From: Eledone cirrhosa
Taxonomy: Eukaryota
DNA: 64,000 nt
Assembly: GCA_964016885.1 (NCBI GenBank)
Contig: OZ024741.1
Coordinates: forward strand, 92,256,001 to 92,320,000
Direction: 5' to 3'
Notes under the pieces: generated by a model
What the model was told of the DNA's origin: nothing
Databases searched by the model: none
What the model saw: only the letters and a program-made list of their open reading frames with translations
Shown here: positions 1-12,929 of the stretch, in pieces
Layout: each line of letters begins with the position of its first letter
How positions within the stretch are numbered: position 1 is the stretch's first letter
Program-made: the position numbers and the translations under genes

Positions 1-371
1 TGCTGGTGCCATGATAAAAAGCACCCAACCCACTCTCTAAGGTGGCAGTGCCAGAAATCAACCTCAAAATTGACCCTATGAACAGGATGTAGTCACCTGA
101 CCCACCTGGTATCAATATGTGATAGTCCATCTAACCCATTGAAATGGAAAAAAGACATTAAATAGTGATGATGATGATGATAATGATGATTTCTACAATG
201 GATTCTTTTAATACAGTGGAGTATTTATAGAAGCTTGTTATGAGTCTGCAAGGCTAACCCCTATTTTAGCAGGGAACGTAGCCTCAAAATGTTTCTTATT
301 ATTTGTTGCTTGTTGGTTGAAACAAAGAAGTATTTGAACAATTTCCTTATTTCTACATTATATTTCTACAG

Positions 372-479
372 GAGATTCTCTCAGTACAGTGGAGTGTTTT
401 GACCCTGTAAACAGAAGATGGAAAATAGCCGAAGCCATGAGTACCATGCGCAGTCGAGTTGGCGTGGCCGTCCTTAATT
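372..479 (+). CDS. KLHL18: Kelch-like protein 18-like, internal coding exon (first in window)
   Basis: ag acceptor at 370-371, gt donor at 480-481; translates (G)[35 protein letters not shown], a Kelch repeat resembling KLHL18 GDSLNVVEVFDP...RSRVGVAV; phase 1 at both ends. Upstream exons (BTB/BACK) lie outside the window. Confidence 0.9.
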
Positions 480-496
480 GTAAGTTCCTAAATATA

Positions 497-1052
497 ATAA
501 TAATAATAATTGTTTTTGATATAGGCACTAGGCCAACAATTATTTGGAGAGGGAAAGTCGATTAAATTGACCCCAGTGTTTACTGGTACTTTATTTTATC
601 GACCCTGTAAGGATGAAAGGCAAAGATAATCTCAGTGGGATTGGAACTCAGAATGAAAAGAAATGTAACTCTATGCTGTAAAACAGTGTCCGATGCTCTA
701 ATAATGGTTTCTGATTTATGCACAAGGCCAGCAATTTTGGGGGAGGGGAAAGTCAATTAAATTGATCCCAGTGCATTACTAGTACTTTATTTCATCGACT
801 CTGTAAGGATGAAAGGCAAAAATAACCACAGCGGGATTTGAACTTAGGACGTAAAGGGACGTAGCTCTATGCCATCAGACATTTTATCCACTGCGTTAAT
901 GATTTTGCTTATCCACTGCACTCCTACCAGTTGTCTAATAATAATGGTTTCTGATTTTAGGCACAAAGCCAACACTTTGCAGGGAAGGGAAATTTAATTA
1001 AATTGACTCCAGTGCGTTACTGGTACTTTATTTTATCGACCCAGTAAGGATG
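497..1052 (-). mobile_element. Three head-to-tail 5'-truncated copies of SINE family A
   Basis: Three repeats of ggcacaaggcc...ctggtactttattttatcgacccNgtaaggatgaaaggcaaa, each preceded on + by an (aat)n tail. Confidence 0.8.
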
Positions 1053-1299
1053 TGTAAAAGTAAACACAATGATAATAATTATATTAGGAGTAATGACAAT
1101 TGTAACAATAATAATAAATATGCTAGTGTGGAAACTGGATGTTAAACAACGATAATGATGATGATCTGTACACCTCCCATCTACAGAATTTTTCATCGGC
1201 TGTCTTTAATTCAACATCACTATTGATTTTTGTAACAAAGCTACAAGCTGTTTACATCTCCCATCTAAAAATTCCTTCCTCTGGAAACAGAAACATTAG

Positions 1300-1549
1300 T
1301 TAACCTTTTTGGTATCAAACTGCCTTAAATTGCTCCTTCAATTAGAAAAAGCTGTTTATTTGATTTATCTAAGAACCTAACATTATAGTTTTATGTAAGA
1401 ATATTTGTTAAGTTATGTTTCAGACACCAACATAATAATGAGAAAGCTAGTTATTTTACTAAATCACTCCAAATTCATGATTATTTTCGAAATTATTTGA
1501 AAATTATAGACAGTATCTTTCATGAAAAATAGGGTAACATAAAGGTTAA
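1300..1549 (-). mobile_element. TTAA-flanked piggyBac-type MITE (reverse orientation)
   Basis: ttaa-cctttt ... aaagg-ttaa termini; the interior is the reverse complement of the 1611-1823 copy. Confidence 0.7.
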
Positions 1550-1610
1550 TTTTTGTATATAAATTCTATACAACCTAGATCTAAAAATTCTTTCATCTGG
1601 AAACCTTTAG

Positions 1611-1823
1611 TTAACCCTTTTATTACCATATTTTCAATGATTTTCAAATGATTTAGAAAATAATCATGAATTTGGAGGGATTTAACTTTCTCATTTTTTA
1701 CCAAAGATTCTTACATAAAATTATGATGTTATGCATTTAGATAAATACAAACACTTTAAAATAAACAGCTTTGTTTTGTAGGACCTGCAGCAGTTTTGAG
1801 CAGGTTGGTATCAAAAGGCTTAA
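1611..1823 (+). mobile_element. TTAA-flanked piggyBac-type MITE
   Basis: ttaa-ccctttt ... aaaaggc-ttaa; same family at about 7239-7394, 8680-8923, 18739-18988, 19540-19732, 20625-20850 and 23603-23843. Confidence 0.7.
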
Positions 1824-1853
1824 TTCAATAATTATCACTGTTGGTTTTTGTAG

Positions 1854-1968
1854 CAAAGCTTTACGCCATTGGTGGATATGATGGCCAAGATCGACTGAGT
1901 ACAGTAGAAGTATTTAAACCTGATACAAAACGATGGAGAAAAGTTGCATCTATGAACTGTAAAAGAAG
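1854..1968 (+). CDS. KLHL18: KLHL18-like internal exon
   Basis: tttttgtag acceptor, ag|gtaagt donor; [38 protein letters not shown]; phase matches both neighbouring exons. Confidence 0.92.
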
Positions 1969-2039
1969 GTAAGTTGTTTTCCAATTTTCCTTTTTATCCA
2001 GCTATATTGATTTTGCTAATCATTTTAATATCAAGTGAA

Positions 2040-2345
2040 GCTTAGTTGTTGGGCTCACAATCATAAGTCATGAGTTCAATTCTTGGACTTGGTAGCATGT
2101 TATGTTATTGAGCAAGGTGTTGCTCCAAATCACTCAGTTGTAAAAAATTAGTTGTGACATCACAGGTTTCAAGCTGTGTCAGTCTTTACCTTTCCCTTGG
2201 ACTATATTGGTGGTATTATAAGAATTAGACAGGTATACATGAACTACTACTGGTCTTCCACAAAAATACCATACCCAGATTTGCACTTTGGAGAGGAACT
2301 TTCCAGGTGCAAACTCATAGTCAGTTATGATGACCTAAAGGAACC
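2040..2345 (+). mobile_element. Degenerate tRNA-headed SINE
   Basis: B-box-like gagttcaattc followed by tgttattgagcaagg...cactcagttgtaaa central domain. Confidence 0.5.
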
Positions 2346-3593
2346 TTTTTGTCTTTGATACCAGACTACCTGAAACCACCACTGGTTCTACATTAACTAT
2401 TATAGTCTTATAGTCAAAAAGGCCATAGCACTAAAAGACTTAAAGATTTTTAAAACTTTCTATTTTAATAATGGAATAAAATTGAATTATGGTTAATAGA
2501 CTGCATACAAATAGACTCTATCTTCGTCTGATGTGTCCTCTATTACAATATAGGATGGTTCCTTCACACTGCATTGGGTTACATGATTACATGACTTTAT
2601 TATTACTACTAGAATACCTAAATTGTTAACCTTATTAGCATCTTCCTGTTTATCTCAAATTAATCTAAGTTACTAATTAAAAATTTGTAGTCATCTTCTT
2701 TTAGAATTCTATTATAATTCCATTCACATCTAGAGCACTTTTTCACTATTAACATCCTGTAATGATTTAGCTGGAAATATCTAGTGGACAGGGCATTGTG
2801 AAAATTTGCTACAAATTAAAAGAAAGACTTTGATTTTTAATATGATGCAGTCACTGTAGTTTTGTTCTTGCTAATGGGATTTCTTGCAGTGCAAGACATT
2901 AAAAGTTAAAGAATATTGAATCAATCTAAGTATTTGACTGGTACATTATTCTGTTGACCCTGGAAAGATGCAGAACAAATTATCCTTGGCAGAATTTAAA
3001 TTTAAAACATAAAAGGCTAAATACCACAGAGATTTCGTCAGAAGTGTTACTGACTTTGTTAATTCACCACACAATCTTCATTGATAATTCTTCAATTTTG
3101 CTTTTAAAAAACTGTTTAGTCTGAGGGGTTGGACATCTTGGGAAACATTTTCAAGGATAGATAAGCTTGATGGAAAGGATGAAGGGAGGGAAGAAAGTAT
3201 CCTCATACTGGAGACATGAATCAAATGTTGCAACAGTGTGGACTCCTCTACAGGAACCCAAAGGCCAGGAGGTGATGTTAAACTGGGTGTCAGATTAGGT
3301 CTGCTAACTCAATAGTCTACAGCAGGATTTAAACTCAGAACACAAGATCCAGAACATCTCATCCACAACTCTAATATTTCCACCAATCCATCACCTTTTA
3401 TTTTGTCTACACTGAAAGAATGAAAGGAAAAGTTGATGCCAATTTGATTTGAACTCAGAATGCAAGACCAAATACTAAAAGGTCATTTGTCTGATTATCT
3501 AACAACAATTCCCAGATGTAATTCACTATATGATACTATAGAATACTAACAAGGCTTTCATACTTTGTTCTCCATGGGGGGATTAAATTGAAA

Positions 3594-4075
3594 TCTTTTA
3601 GATGACTAAATGGTAGTTAAGTTCATATCTTCTCCACAGACATTAAGAGTACAAATAAAGGGAACTAACCACTACTTGGAATCAAAGCCAGTTTGCAGAC
3701 TGTATACTGAGAACTTTCCTGATGCTCTATAGAATTAGACAAAAATGTTAATGTAACTAATAAAAAAATTTTTTTTAAAGTTAAATAAACACAGGCATGG
3801 CTGTGTAGTTATGGAATTTTCTTCATAAACTCTTTTAGAAGATGACTAAATGGTAGTTACTAAGTTCATGTCTTCTCCATAGACATTAAGAATGCAAATA
3901 AAGGAAACTAACTACTACCTTGAATCAAAGCCTGTTTGCAGACTGTATACTGAGAATTTTCCTGCTGCACTATAGCATTAGACAAAAATTTTAATTTAAC
4001 TGATAAAAAAAAAAACAGATAATAAATAAATACATGCATGGCTGTGTAGTTATGGAATTCGCTTCACAAACTCTT
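3594..4075. repeat. Tandem duplication, ~240 bp unit x2
   Basis: gatgactaaatggtagtt... starts at 3601 and 3841, with collinear similarity through gcatggctgtgtagttatggaatt. Confidence 0.9.
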
Positions 4076-4415
4076 GGTTTCAGGTTCATCCCACTGTATG
4101 GAATCTTGAACAAGTGTCTTCCACTATAGCATAGAGTTGGCCAATATCTTGTGAGTGAAGTTTGGTAGAAAAAAAATGGGAAAAACTTGTTATATATCTA
4201 TACCATCATCATCACCTAAAATCATTCATTTTCCCTGCTAGCAAGGGTTGGATGGACCAGGAGCATGCTTCTTGCTTAGATACTCTATAGAGTGCCCTGA
4301 GTACATTTCATTGTAGCACTAGCACCAGGGAGGTTGTCATGTCTATGGCACAGTTGAAGAGTTCTCCTGACCTTTTGATTGGAAGGTTTTCTACAGCTGG
4401 ATATTACACACACAT

Positions 4416-4760
4416 GGAGGCACATGGCTTAGTGGTTAGAGCATTGGGCTTGCAATCGAAAGGTTGTGAGTTCAATTCTCAGACCGGGTGATGTGTTGTT
4501 TCCTTGAGCAAGACACTTTATTTCACATTGCTCCAGTTTACTCAGCTGTAGAAATGAGATGATAGGGACTGGGGTCCATATCATTCCACTGCAAAGTGGT
4601 CGTGGAGGTGCCACGGCAAAAAAGCACTCAGCACTCACTGTAAATGAGGTTGGTGTTAGGAAGGGCATCCAGCTGTAGAAATCAAGCCAGAACCAGTTCC
4701 CGCCCCACCCTTGCAAGCAGGGAAAAAGCGGACGTAAAATGAAATGATGATGAAATGATG
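4416..4760 (+). mobile_element. SINE family B (tRNA head, CORE/Meta-like centre, (atg)n tail)
   Basis: A-box tggcttagtgg, B-box gttcaattc, gtgttgtttccttgagcaagacactt domain, tail ggacgtaaaatgaaatgatgatg; close reverse copy at 14129-14466. Confidence 0.75.
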
Positions 4761-4799
4761 ACACACACGCACGCACGCACGTGCGCGTGTGTGTATTTA

Positions 4800-5006
4800 T
4801 GGAAAAGTTTATGGCCCTGTTTCAAAACTGTTCATTAAGTATTTAGTAGTTAGTTCCAAATACATATGATTTATGTATAGATTACAGGTATTTAAGGTAC
4901 ATGAATAAATTTATATACATGCAACCTATACATAAATCATATGTATTTGGCACTGATTACTAAATACTTAATGAACAGTTTTGAAACAGGGCCATAAACT
5001 TTTCCA
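4800..5006. repeat. Inverted repeat, ~80 bp arms, ~45 bp spacer (intronic)
   Basis: 4800-4880 is the reverse complement of 4926-5006 with few mismatches. Confidence 0.9.
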
Positions 5007-5615
5007 AGCTTGCATAGGTTAGATGAATCTTCTCGAGCTCAGCTTTCTGTAATCACTTCTCACCACTTCTGCTTAGGTTTTCTTCAGTTTTCCTCTTCTG
5101 AAGTTTCCTTACAATGGGATCTCTTGGCACTTCTTCACCCAACAACCATCCTCTATATGCATATCATATACACACCAGCAAAATCTTCTCTCCAGCACAC
5201 TATCATTACACATCCAGTGGAACATGCTAACTTCATTCTTTTTAATCATCATATATCCTTTACACTCAATGCCCAAATATAAAAATCTTATCTTGAGCTC
5301 AGTCCTAAGCACGGAAACCAATCGGGCCAGGGTTTACTCTGATTTCATTGATGTTAAGCAACTGAGAGTATAAGACTCTTCCCTGGACAGGACACAAGAG
5401 CATCACAGGTTTAACCCCCCAGCTGTTGCTGGTAGCCATTTTCATTTGAGTAGACTGGAGCAATGTGAAGTGAAGTGTTTTGTTTAAGAACATGTGCTAC
5501 TCAATCAGCATGAGCCCAACTTCCTAACCACTTCACCCCGTGCCTTCATATTTCATATTCCAATTTATTTTGAAGTATTTCAATCATTAATTAATTTTGT
5601 TTAATGTTATTTCAG

Positions 5616-5720
5616 TGCCCTTGGTGCTGCAAGCCTTGGTAGAAAACTCTACATATGTGGTGGCTATGATGGTGTATCTTCTCTACGGTCTGTTGAAGTC
5701 TATGATCCAAAGATCAATGT
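5616..5720 (+). CDS. KLHL18: KLHL18-like internal exon
   Basis: tttcag acceptor, gtaagt donor; SALGAASLGRKLYICGGYDGVSSLRSVEVYDPKIN; phase 2/2. Confidence 0.92.
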
Positions 5721-6490
5721 GTAAGTGTTGTATGCTACATTTTATTTTATTTATTGTTCTTATTTTGATGACGATGACAATGGTGGTGGTGGTGGCAGCA
5801 GTTGTGGGGATTCCCCCCCTCCCCACCTCAACAATTTTGTTGATAACAGCCTGAATTTGATATACTAATAGAATTGTAGAGACTTACAATTAAGTTTAAG
5901 TTTCTTGGCCTTTAAATCATCATTACTATTTAATGTCCATTTTCTATGCTAGCCTCTACAATTTTATTGGTATATCGTATTCAGGCTGATATCAATAAAA
6001 CTATCAGAGAAGTAATGATTTAACAGAAAATATCTAAAAGAAAATACAGGTTTGTTAATTCAAATGTTTATAGTATCTTTAATAGTAGACATAACCTTGT
6101 GAAAATTTGAAGTAAAGACTTCAATATTTAATGTATTCTAGAGCTGTTTTATACTTTTCAAGAATGTCTTGTTAATGCAGCTTCTTGCAGTACAGGACAT
6201 TGAGTTAAATTTGTTTTTCTCTGGCTAAAACAGAAGAACTCTATCCTATTTCAAGGATATCACCTAAAGAGAATATCAATTTTACATATAAATTGCTTTC
6301 TCAACACATCCAAGATGAAGAAAACAGTGTAAAAACCAATTTCTACAGCTGGATACCCTCCCTTATGCCAACCAGTCCATGGCATCTACTCAATCTTTTT
6401 ATTTCTCTACTATTGATATTAGTAATCTTTGTTGGTAGTAGAACCTGTTCCATAGGTGTTTCAAAACTGATTATATTTTTGTTTTTGCAG

Positions 6491-6602
6491 ATGGACAATT
6501 ATTTCCAATATGTTAAAGCACCGTAGTGCAGCAGGAGTAGCTGTTTTAGATGAAGAGATATATGCCTGTGGAGGACATGATGGTCTTTCGATATTTGACT
6601 CT
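6491..6602 (+). CDS. KLHL18: KLHL18-like internal exon
   Basis: tttttgcag acceptor, gtaagt donor; WTIISNMLKHRSAAGVAVLDEEIYACGGHDGLSIFDS, resembling the KLHL18 RSAAGV...GGHDGLQIFSS segment. Confidence 0.92.
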
Positions 6603-7917
6603 GTAAGTAGACATTCAGATTTTCAAACATCTAAATTCTCTGTAACTTTGCAAAGATTTTCAATTTTGGAGAAAATCTAATATATCTTTACCTTACAGCC
6701 AGCATGTAAATTGGCTAGATCATAAAGATTGTGAAATGAACTCCTCAAAAAGAGTCTGGTGATATTTCTCATAACCATAATAGTTTGGACAAAATATTAC
6801 ACATTGCATGCATCCAGTTTAAAACAGGTACACTGTATCTTTGCATGTTGTAAGAGGAAACTAAAAGGATTGATACCAGAAAGGGACTCCCATTGTAAAA
6901 AATTGCCTCAGAAAGGATCTTATGATGTGTATGAAGACTGTCATGGGGCCTAAAAGGCTAACCCCTACTTTAGCTTGGAAAATTGCCTTAAGATGCCTAT
7001 CAGATTTATCTAACATGTAAATTAGCTGAATCATAAAGGTTTTTTTTTTTAAATGAATTCCCCCAAAACTTATCAGTGTCTGGTGACATTTCTCATAATC
7101 ATAGCAGTTCCAGACAAAATATGAGACATCTATTCTAAACAATTATTAACTATGGTATTTCTATACAGTTTATCTGGTTTACTTCATATAAAAGTCTCAA
7201 AAATTTGTTAAATCCTAAATAACAGATCATGCTCCATTTTAACCATTTTGATATGAAACTACTTAAAACTGCCTCTGGTTTTATGATACAAAACTCTTTG
7301 TTTTAAAACATATATCTAAAACCCATCCATTATAATATGATTTGAAAATCATAGGCAGAGTCTTTTATTAGAAATATGGAAACAAAAGGGTTAAAGATAG
7401 GAAAGTTACATAGCTGATTAATTCTGAACTAATGCTGCAAATTATTTATTTCACTAGCCATGTATAAATGTAAAATATAAAAAAGGTGCATAGAAGAAAA
7501 AAGTATGTTACACTATTTACAAAGAAGAGAATAAACAGTTCTTAGGAATGGAATGAAATGGTTCATTATTTAGAATACACTAATGAGGCTAGTGAGACCA
7601 TTGGGAAGGATTATAGTAACAAAAACTATCATCCTTTTTATGGTGGCCTGTAAAAGGAGCATTTTATGCATAGTCATTTTTTATTTTATTTACAAATTTC
7701 GAAATATCTTTTTAACGTTACTAAAAATGGTAATTAAGGTTTTACTTAAATTTCTTAAACCATTTCACTTATTAATGCTAGTGGGAAAGGAAAAACATCT
7801 GAACATGTGGAGAAAATATTTTTTCACTCAAAGTTTGACTTCTCAGTCATTTCTTAATGGTAAACCTTTGTTTCTTCCATTCTTCTTAACCCATTGCATT
7901 ATTTTAACACGTTTAAG

Positions 7918-8093
7918 GGCGGTGGATTGGCAGTATCGGTAGAGGGTCGGACGCCATACTTTGTAGTAAAGAGTTACGGCCCTTTATGGTCAGAGTTCAA
8001 ATTCCACCAAGGTTAACTTTGCCTTTCATCCTTACGGGGTCGATAAAATAAGGTACCAGTAATACACTGAGATAATTGCTGGCCTTGTGCTAA
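7918..8093 (+). mobile_element. SINE family A, near full length, 20 bp TSD
   Basis: A-box tggcagtatcgg, B-box gagttcaaattc, Nin/Deu-like gcctttcatccttacggggtcgataaaataa; TSD attattttaacaYgtttaag at 7898-7917 and 8094-8113. Confidence 0.85.
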
Positions 8094-8994
8094 ATTATTT
8101 TAACATGTTTAAGTCATCATAACTAACTTAGCAGTTAAACCTACCAAATAAGACAACATTTCTATCAGACTTTCCTAATTCTATCAGTACCATCTTAACT
8201 ATAATAAAGTAAGGAGTGCGGGATTGCATCCAGAATATATTTTTTATCCCATTTGTAAAATAAGTTGGATTACTTTGAATAAATAATGAATAAATATTAC
8301 ATAATTTATCTACTAAATTTCATAATTCTTGATTAAATATAAAAAGTTTTGTTGCTTATTTTAAGATTCACTTCTTTAAAATTTTCAAATGTCAATGCTT
8401 CTGGTTAGCGATCGCTTATATAAAACATTCATGTATTTCCGTCACTAATTTTTTTCCTAATGCAGTTTATATATAATATCGTCTTTTTTTAATGTATCAT
8501 GGATTACGTTACTGATTACATAAGACAGTGCAACACAGATTCTCTTCAATTTCTGTGGATATTGTCAATTACAATTTTATTTGATGTATTATATCTACAT
8601 GCATGTATATTTGTGTATAATATCAATATACACACTACACATGCTACCAGAAAAACCACCCTAAGGGTGGTTTTTCTGCTAGTATTTCTAATGAAAGATA
8701 TGCCTATCATTTTCAAATTATTTCAAAAATACTCATGAATTTGTAGGGAATTAGTATTTTAACTAACTTTCTCATTATTAAGCTGGTGTTTGGAGCATAA
8801 CTTAACAAAAATTCTTTATATAAAATTATGATGGAAGTTTTTTAGATAGCTATAAGCATTTTAAAACAAAGTTTTATATTGTAGAACCAGGGCAGTTTTA
8901 AACAGTTTGCTATCAAAAGAGTTATGATCAAAATTTTTGTAATTATTAGTAAGCATCCAATGTAATTAAAACACGTAGCTCAACTTTGTATGTA

Positions 8995-9465
8995 AGACCA
9001 GGATGATTTTTTAAAACCTTTTTAAAACCAAGAGTGGGTCTTTATGCCTTTAAATACAATACTTCTTTATGTCTGTGAGATGTGGTCAGTGAGAGTGGTC
9101 GAGTTATGCAAGCTGAACGCTTTTAACCACTTTTGCTTTTGCCAAATCCTTCATGTTCAGTACATTTGTGTCACACTCCGAATTTGTCATAGCTGCCAGA
9201 TCAATACCTTTAAACAACTCCTACATAATTCATGATGCAATCGTACCAGACACCTTCCTGTGATGGTTTAAATGGCAAAGTGGTTTAAATGGCAAAGCTG
9301 AACATTCAATCTTGAGCTAATCTGGTCTTCGTGTATATTGTGTCTTTCATTGGAATCATGACTGACTGACAATATCTGCATTGGATGTCAGTGATTGCCA
9401 TACATGGGCAGCCTCTGCTCACAATGCTGAGGATGCACTGACTGGAACTGACACAAGTATGTACA
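8995..9465 (+). mobile_element. Highly degenerate RTE-like LINE 3' fragment
   Basis: LLYVCEMWSVRVVELCKLNAFNHFC resembles the RTE LLYG(C/S)ETW motif; many stops. Confidence 0.5.
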
Positions 9466-9803
9466 AGTAAGTAAATGAAATACTTGTCACACGAAGGACT
9501 AATTGCTAATTTTCTGAGGAAATATTTGTAAAATCATAATTTTTGCATCCACTTTTCCATTCTCGTATGAGTTGGATGGGATGTTTTGAGACAATGTTTT
9601 ATAACTGGATGCCATTCCTGATGCCAACCCTTTTAATTGCCTCATACAACATGCAGGAATATGGTGTACTTACTATAAGCTGTACCTATTCTAAAAACCA
9701 GGATACACATACACACATCAGTATTTATTGTGAGTGTTATTTTTGTTTCTACTTTCTATTTTTTTATGTTATTGCAATGAACTGGATATTTTCTTCATTG
9801 CAG

Positions 9804-10193
9804 GTTGAGTGCTACAACCCAGCGACAAACACCTGGTGGATGGTCCAGCCCATGCAGTCCAAGCGATGCCGTCTGGGAGTGGCTACCCTCAATGGCAAGC
9901 TCTATGCTGCCGGTGGCTACGATGGATCTGTATTTCTGCGAACAGTAGAGCGTTACGACCCTTGCACACAGACATGGACGTACGTAAAGCATATGAATTT
10001 GAAACGTAGCAGAGTGGCGCTTGTTGCAACATGTGGCAAGCTATACGCTATTGGTGGCTATGATGGTGTGGCTAACCTGAACTCAGTTGAGATGTATGAC
10101 CCGGAAATGGACACATGGACTTTTGCTGCTTCGATGTGTGCTCATGAAGGTGGGGTTGGTGTCGGTGTCATGCCAACTGAACCGGAGCTCTGA
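9804..10193 (+). CDS. KLHL18: KLHL18-like terminal coding exon
   Basis: ttgcag acceptor, phase 0; VECYNPATNTWW...[34 protein letters not shown]...HEGGVGVGVMP, TGA at 10191-10193; the HEGGVGVG C-terminus is typical of KLHL18. Confidence 0.93.
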   Translation, partial: VECYNPATNTWWMVQPMQSKRCRLGVATLNGKLYAAGGYDGSVFLRTVERYDPCTQTWTYVKHMNLKRSRVALVATCGKLYAIGGYDGVANLNSVEMYDPEMDTWTFAASMCAHEGGVGVGVMPTEPEL

Positions 10194-11030
10194 GATTAGT
10201 CTTTACAATTCAATCTTCAACCATTTTAAGTCAAGAGTTCATATTTTGGTTTTAGTTTATTATCTCAATAATGCTGGGAATATCACATCATTACTCTTTG
10301 ATATCTCAATATCCTCACTAAAATGTGCCAATCTCTCTTATACCTAAATACATAACTGTTACGTGTGTATGATTGTGTATGGAGGTATGTGGCTTAGTTG
10401 TTTAGGTGCTGGAATTTTGATTGTAATGTCGTCAGTTTGATTCCTAGACCAAGTGGTATGTGTTCTTGAGCAAAACACTTCATGTCACAATGTTCCTGTC
10501 ATCATCTTCTGTGTAGTTGCAGTGGTGGGGGTGGGGGGTATCAGTTGCCTAATGCTAGTGAAGCTTGAAACAAATTTTAACCTTATATATATAAATATTT
10601 ATATATATATATTAGTAATAAGGAATGGTGACGAGGTATCAATTCAACATCATTGTTTCTTCACGTGTGACACGCATTTTGGAATTGGTCAGCTCAAGGT
10701 ACGATCGGTAATGACTTTGGAATCGATACCAATGAATAAACACGTGAATAAACATAATGATGCTGTATTGACACCTCAATCATGCTCTTTATTATTATTA
10801 TTAATACTCTACTTCTTAAGGATACTGACTACAGTTTCAAATTTGCCTTTCATCCTTTCGAGCTTGATAAAAAAAAAGCACTAGTCTAGTACTGGGGTTG
10901 ATTCTTCCTCTCTGGAAGAAATCTGCTGTAATCAGGCCTGGAGAGGGATTGGCTCCGCCAGGCCTAAAAGTGCCCAAGAAACGGTGTATGTCAATACGAT
11001 GCCCCTATGACTCTATCAGGAGTTATGGAA

Positions 11031-11068
<38 letters not shown>

Positions 11069-12929
11069 AAGTAGGCAAGTTATAGGAAATATATTCGCTA
11101 TAATTTTGTTTGCTCACATTACTCACTCAATGAGATATGGTTTGAACTTATAAGGAAATGAACCTGTCTCAGAGTGCTAACAAAACGTTTATTTGTAATG
11201 GGGTGGTTGCACGTGGTTGTCCTCGAGATTTCTGCAAGTACAGGCTGCACTGACAAATGCAACTTGCAATTTGCCAATCACAGTGGCAGCATCATGCATC
11301 TATGCATGCCAATTCTGTATTGCGTCATCAGTGGATGTAATTAAAATAGCGAGAGAGTGCGAAGTGGTCTGTGCAGTCCGTGCATTGAGAAATTACTGCT
11401 ACAATGGCTAAGGCAGTTGGCAGCATGTTGTGATGTCACATGTGGAGAATGACTAATTATTTACCTAGGGGCAGTGCTAGCAGTAAATTCAAAATGAGAT
11501 ATATTTCAACCAATTAAAAATAAAAAAAAACAGAATTACAAAGAAATACAGAGGGAGTAGAATGATGAAAATACCATTTACTTACATTTCTGGCTATTCT
11601 GTGAAGTGGGAGAAAAAATAGACTAAGTAGCGAGGTTATAGGAAATATTTTTGCTCACATGTATATATATATATCATCATCATTATTTAACATCCACCTT
11701 CCCTGCTAGCAAGGGTTGGACAGGTCTACATAGTCCATATCAGTACTGAAGCAGGGCTACTGACCTCCAGGCAGGCCAAGGGGTCTGTATCCCATTTATG
11801 TACGGTCATATCAAGTGCAGAGGAGAAGTTGTGTCTTTTGACAGAAACTAAAGTGTCGTCCTTAGTCCGTGTTTGGCAAGCTCTCTATTTATATATATAT
11901 ATCATTATCGTTTAATGTCTATTTTCCAACATTGTTTAGATACATGGATTATTTAGCAGTGGATGGTGATTGGGAGTGGAGAGAGGATTGCTGCAGACTA
12001 GTGTGTCCTCTACATGTTCATTGTGCACATGGGAGGGTGGGTCTTCTGCAGTACAGTATGATGCCAGAGATCTCGATCCTGCGTCGTCTCCTTTGTGAGG
12101 TTTAATTGGGCATGGTCAGCTTTTATCACTTCATCCTAAATTTTCATAGGTCTTCCTCTTTCATAGTTACCATTGACTTTATACATCTGTCATCCTCCAT
12201 GCATATCACATGTCCAAACCACTGCACTCTCCTCTCATGCACACTGCATCTGATCCATCCTATGCCTAGTTTCTCTCATATTTATGTGTGTATATATATA
12301 TATATATATATACACATACATATATCTTTATATATGTATCATCACCATCATCATCATTTTACATTCATATGTTTAACTATATTACTTTTTTTAAAAATCA
12401 TTTTACAGCTGGAAAATATTCGGCTATTCAAAAAACCAAATTAGTCTCATGATTTTTCCATACCAATAATTTGATTTTTTCATACCAATAATTTGATGTT
12501 TTCATAGCAAGAATTTGTTCTTTCTGCTTCACTTAATGACATAATTCTCCTTGTATACAGTTCGTTACATCTCAAGGGAATGTCTTCACGTGTTACTGTT
12601 ATGTCTTTCTATTTTCCAGAGGCAATATTTTGAGGTAATTTTTTAAACATATTTACTTCTGTGTCTACAAATTGATATTTCAGAAGATTCCACATTAAGG
12701 AGAAAGCAGAAATTGTTTGCTTAAACTTTTAATCTCTGCTAATGATTAATATATATATATATATATACCATTTATGTTCTGTTGTTTACACACATAATAA
12801 ATACACACACATTATTCTACAACAGGAATCATAACCACATTTATATAGCAGACATACATAGAGATACACATACCCATGAAATTCACAGCCATAAACACAT
12901 AAATAGGTCATGTACTAGAAAGGAGTAAC

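Noticed and set aside
8648-8678. Short hairpin cagaaaaaccaccc-taa-gggtggtttttctg resembling a rho-independent terminator
   Set aside because: It lies in a eukaryotic intron; probably a small local inversion at a MITE edge.
9543-9803. N-terminal 87 aa of ORF 9543-10193
   Set aside because: Intronic read-through containing a SINE-tail remnant; Kelch similarity starts only after the cag acceptor at 9803.
10735-10752. AATAAA hexamers as the KLHL18-like poly(A) signal
   Set aside because: The hexamer is too frequent in this AT-rich DNA to assign without transcript data.
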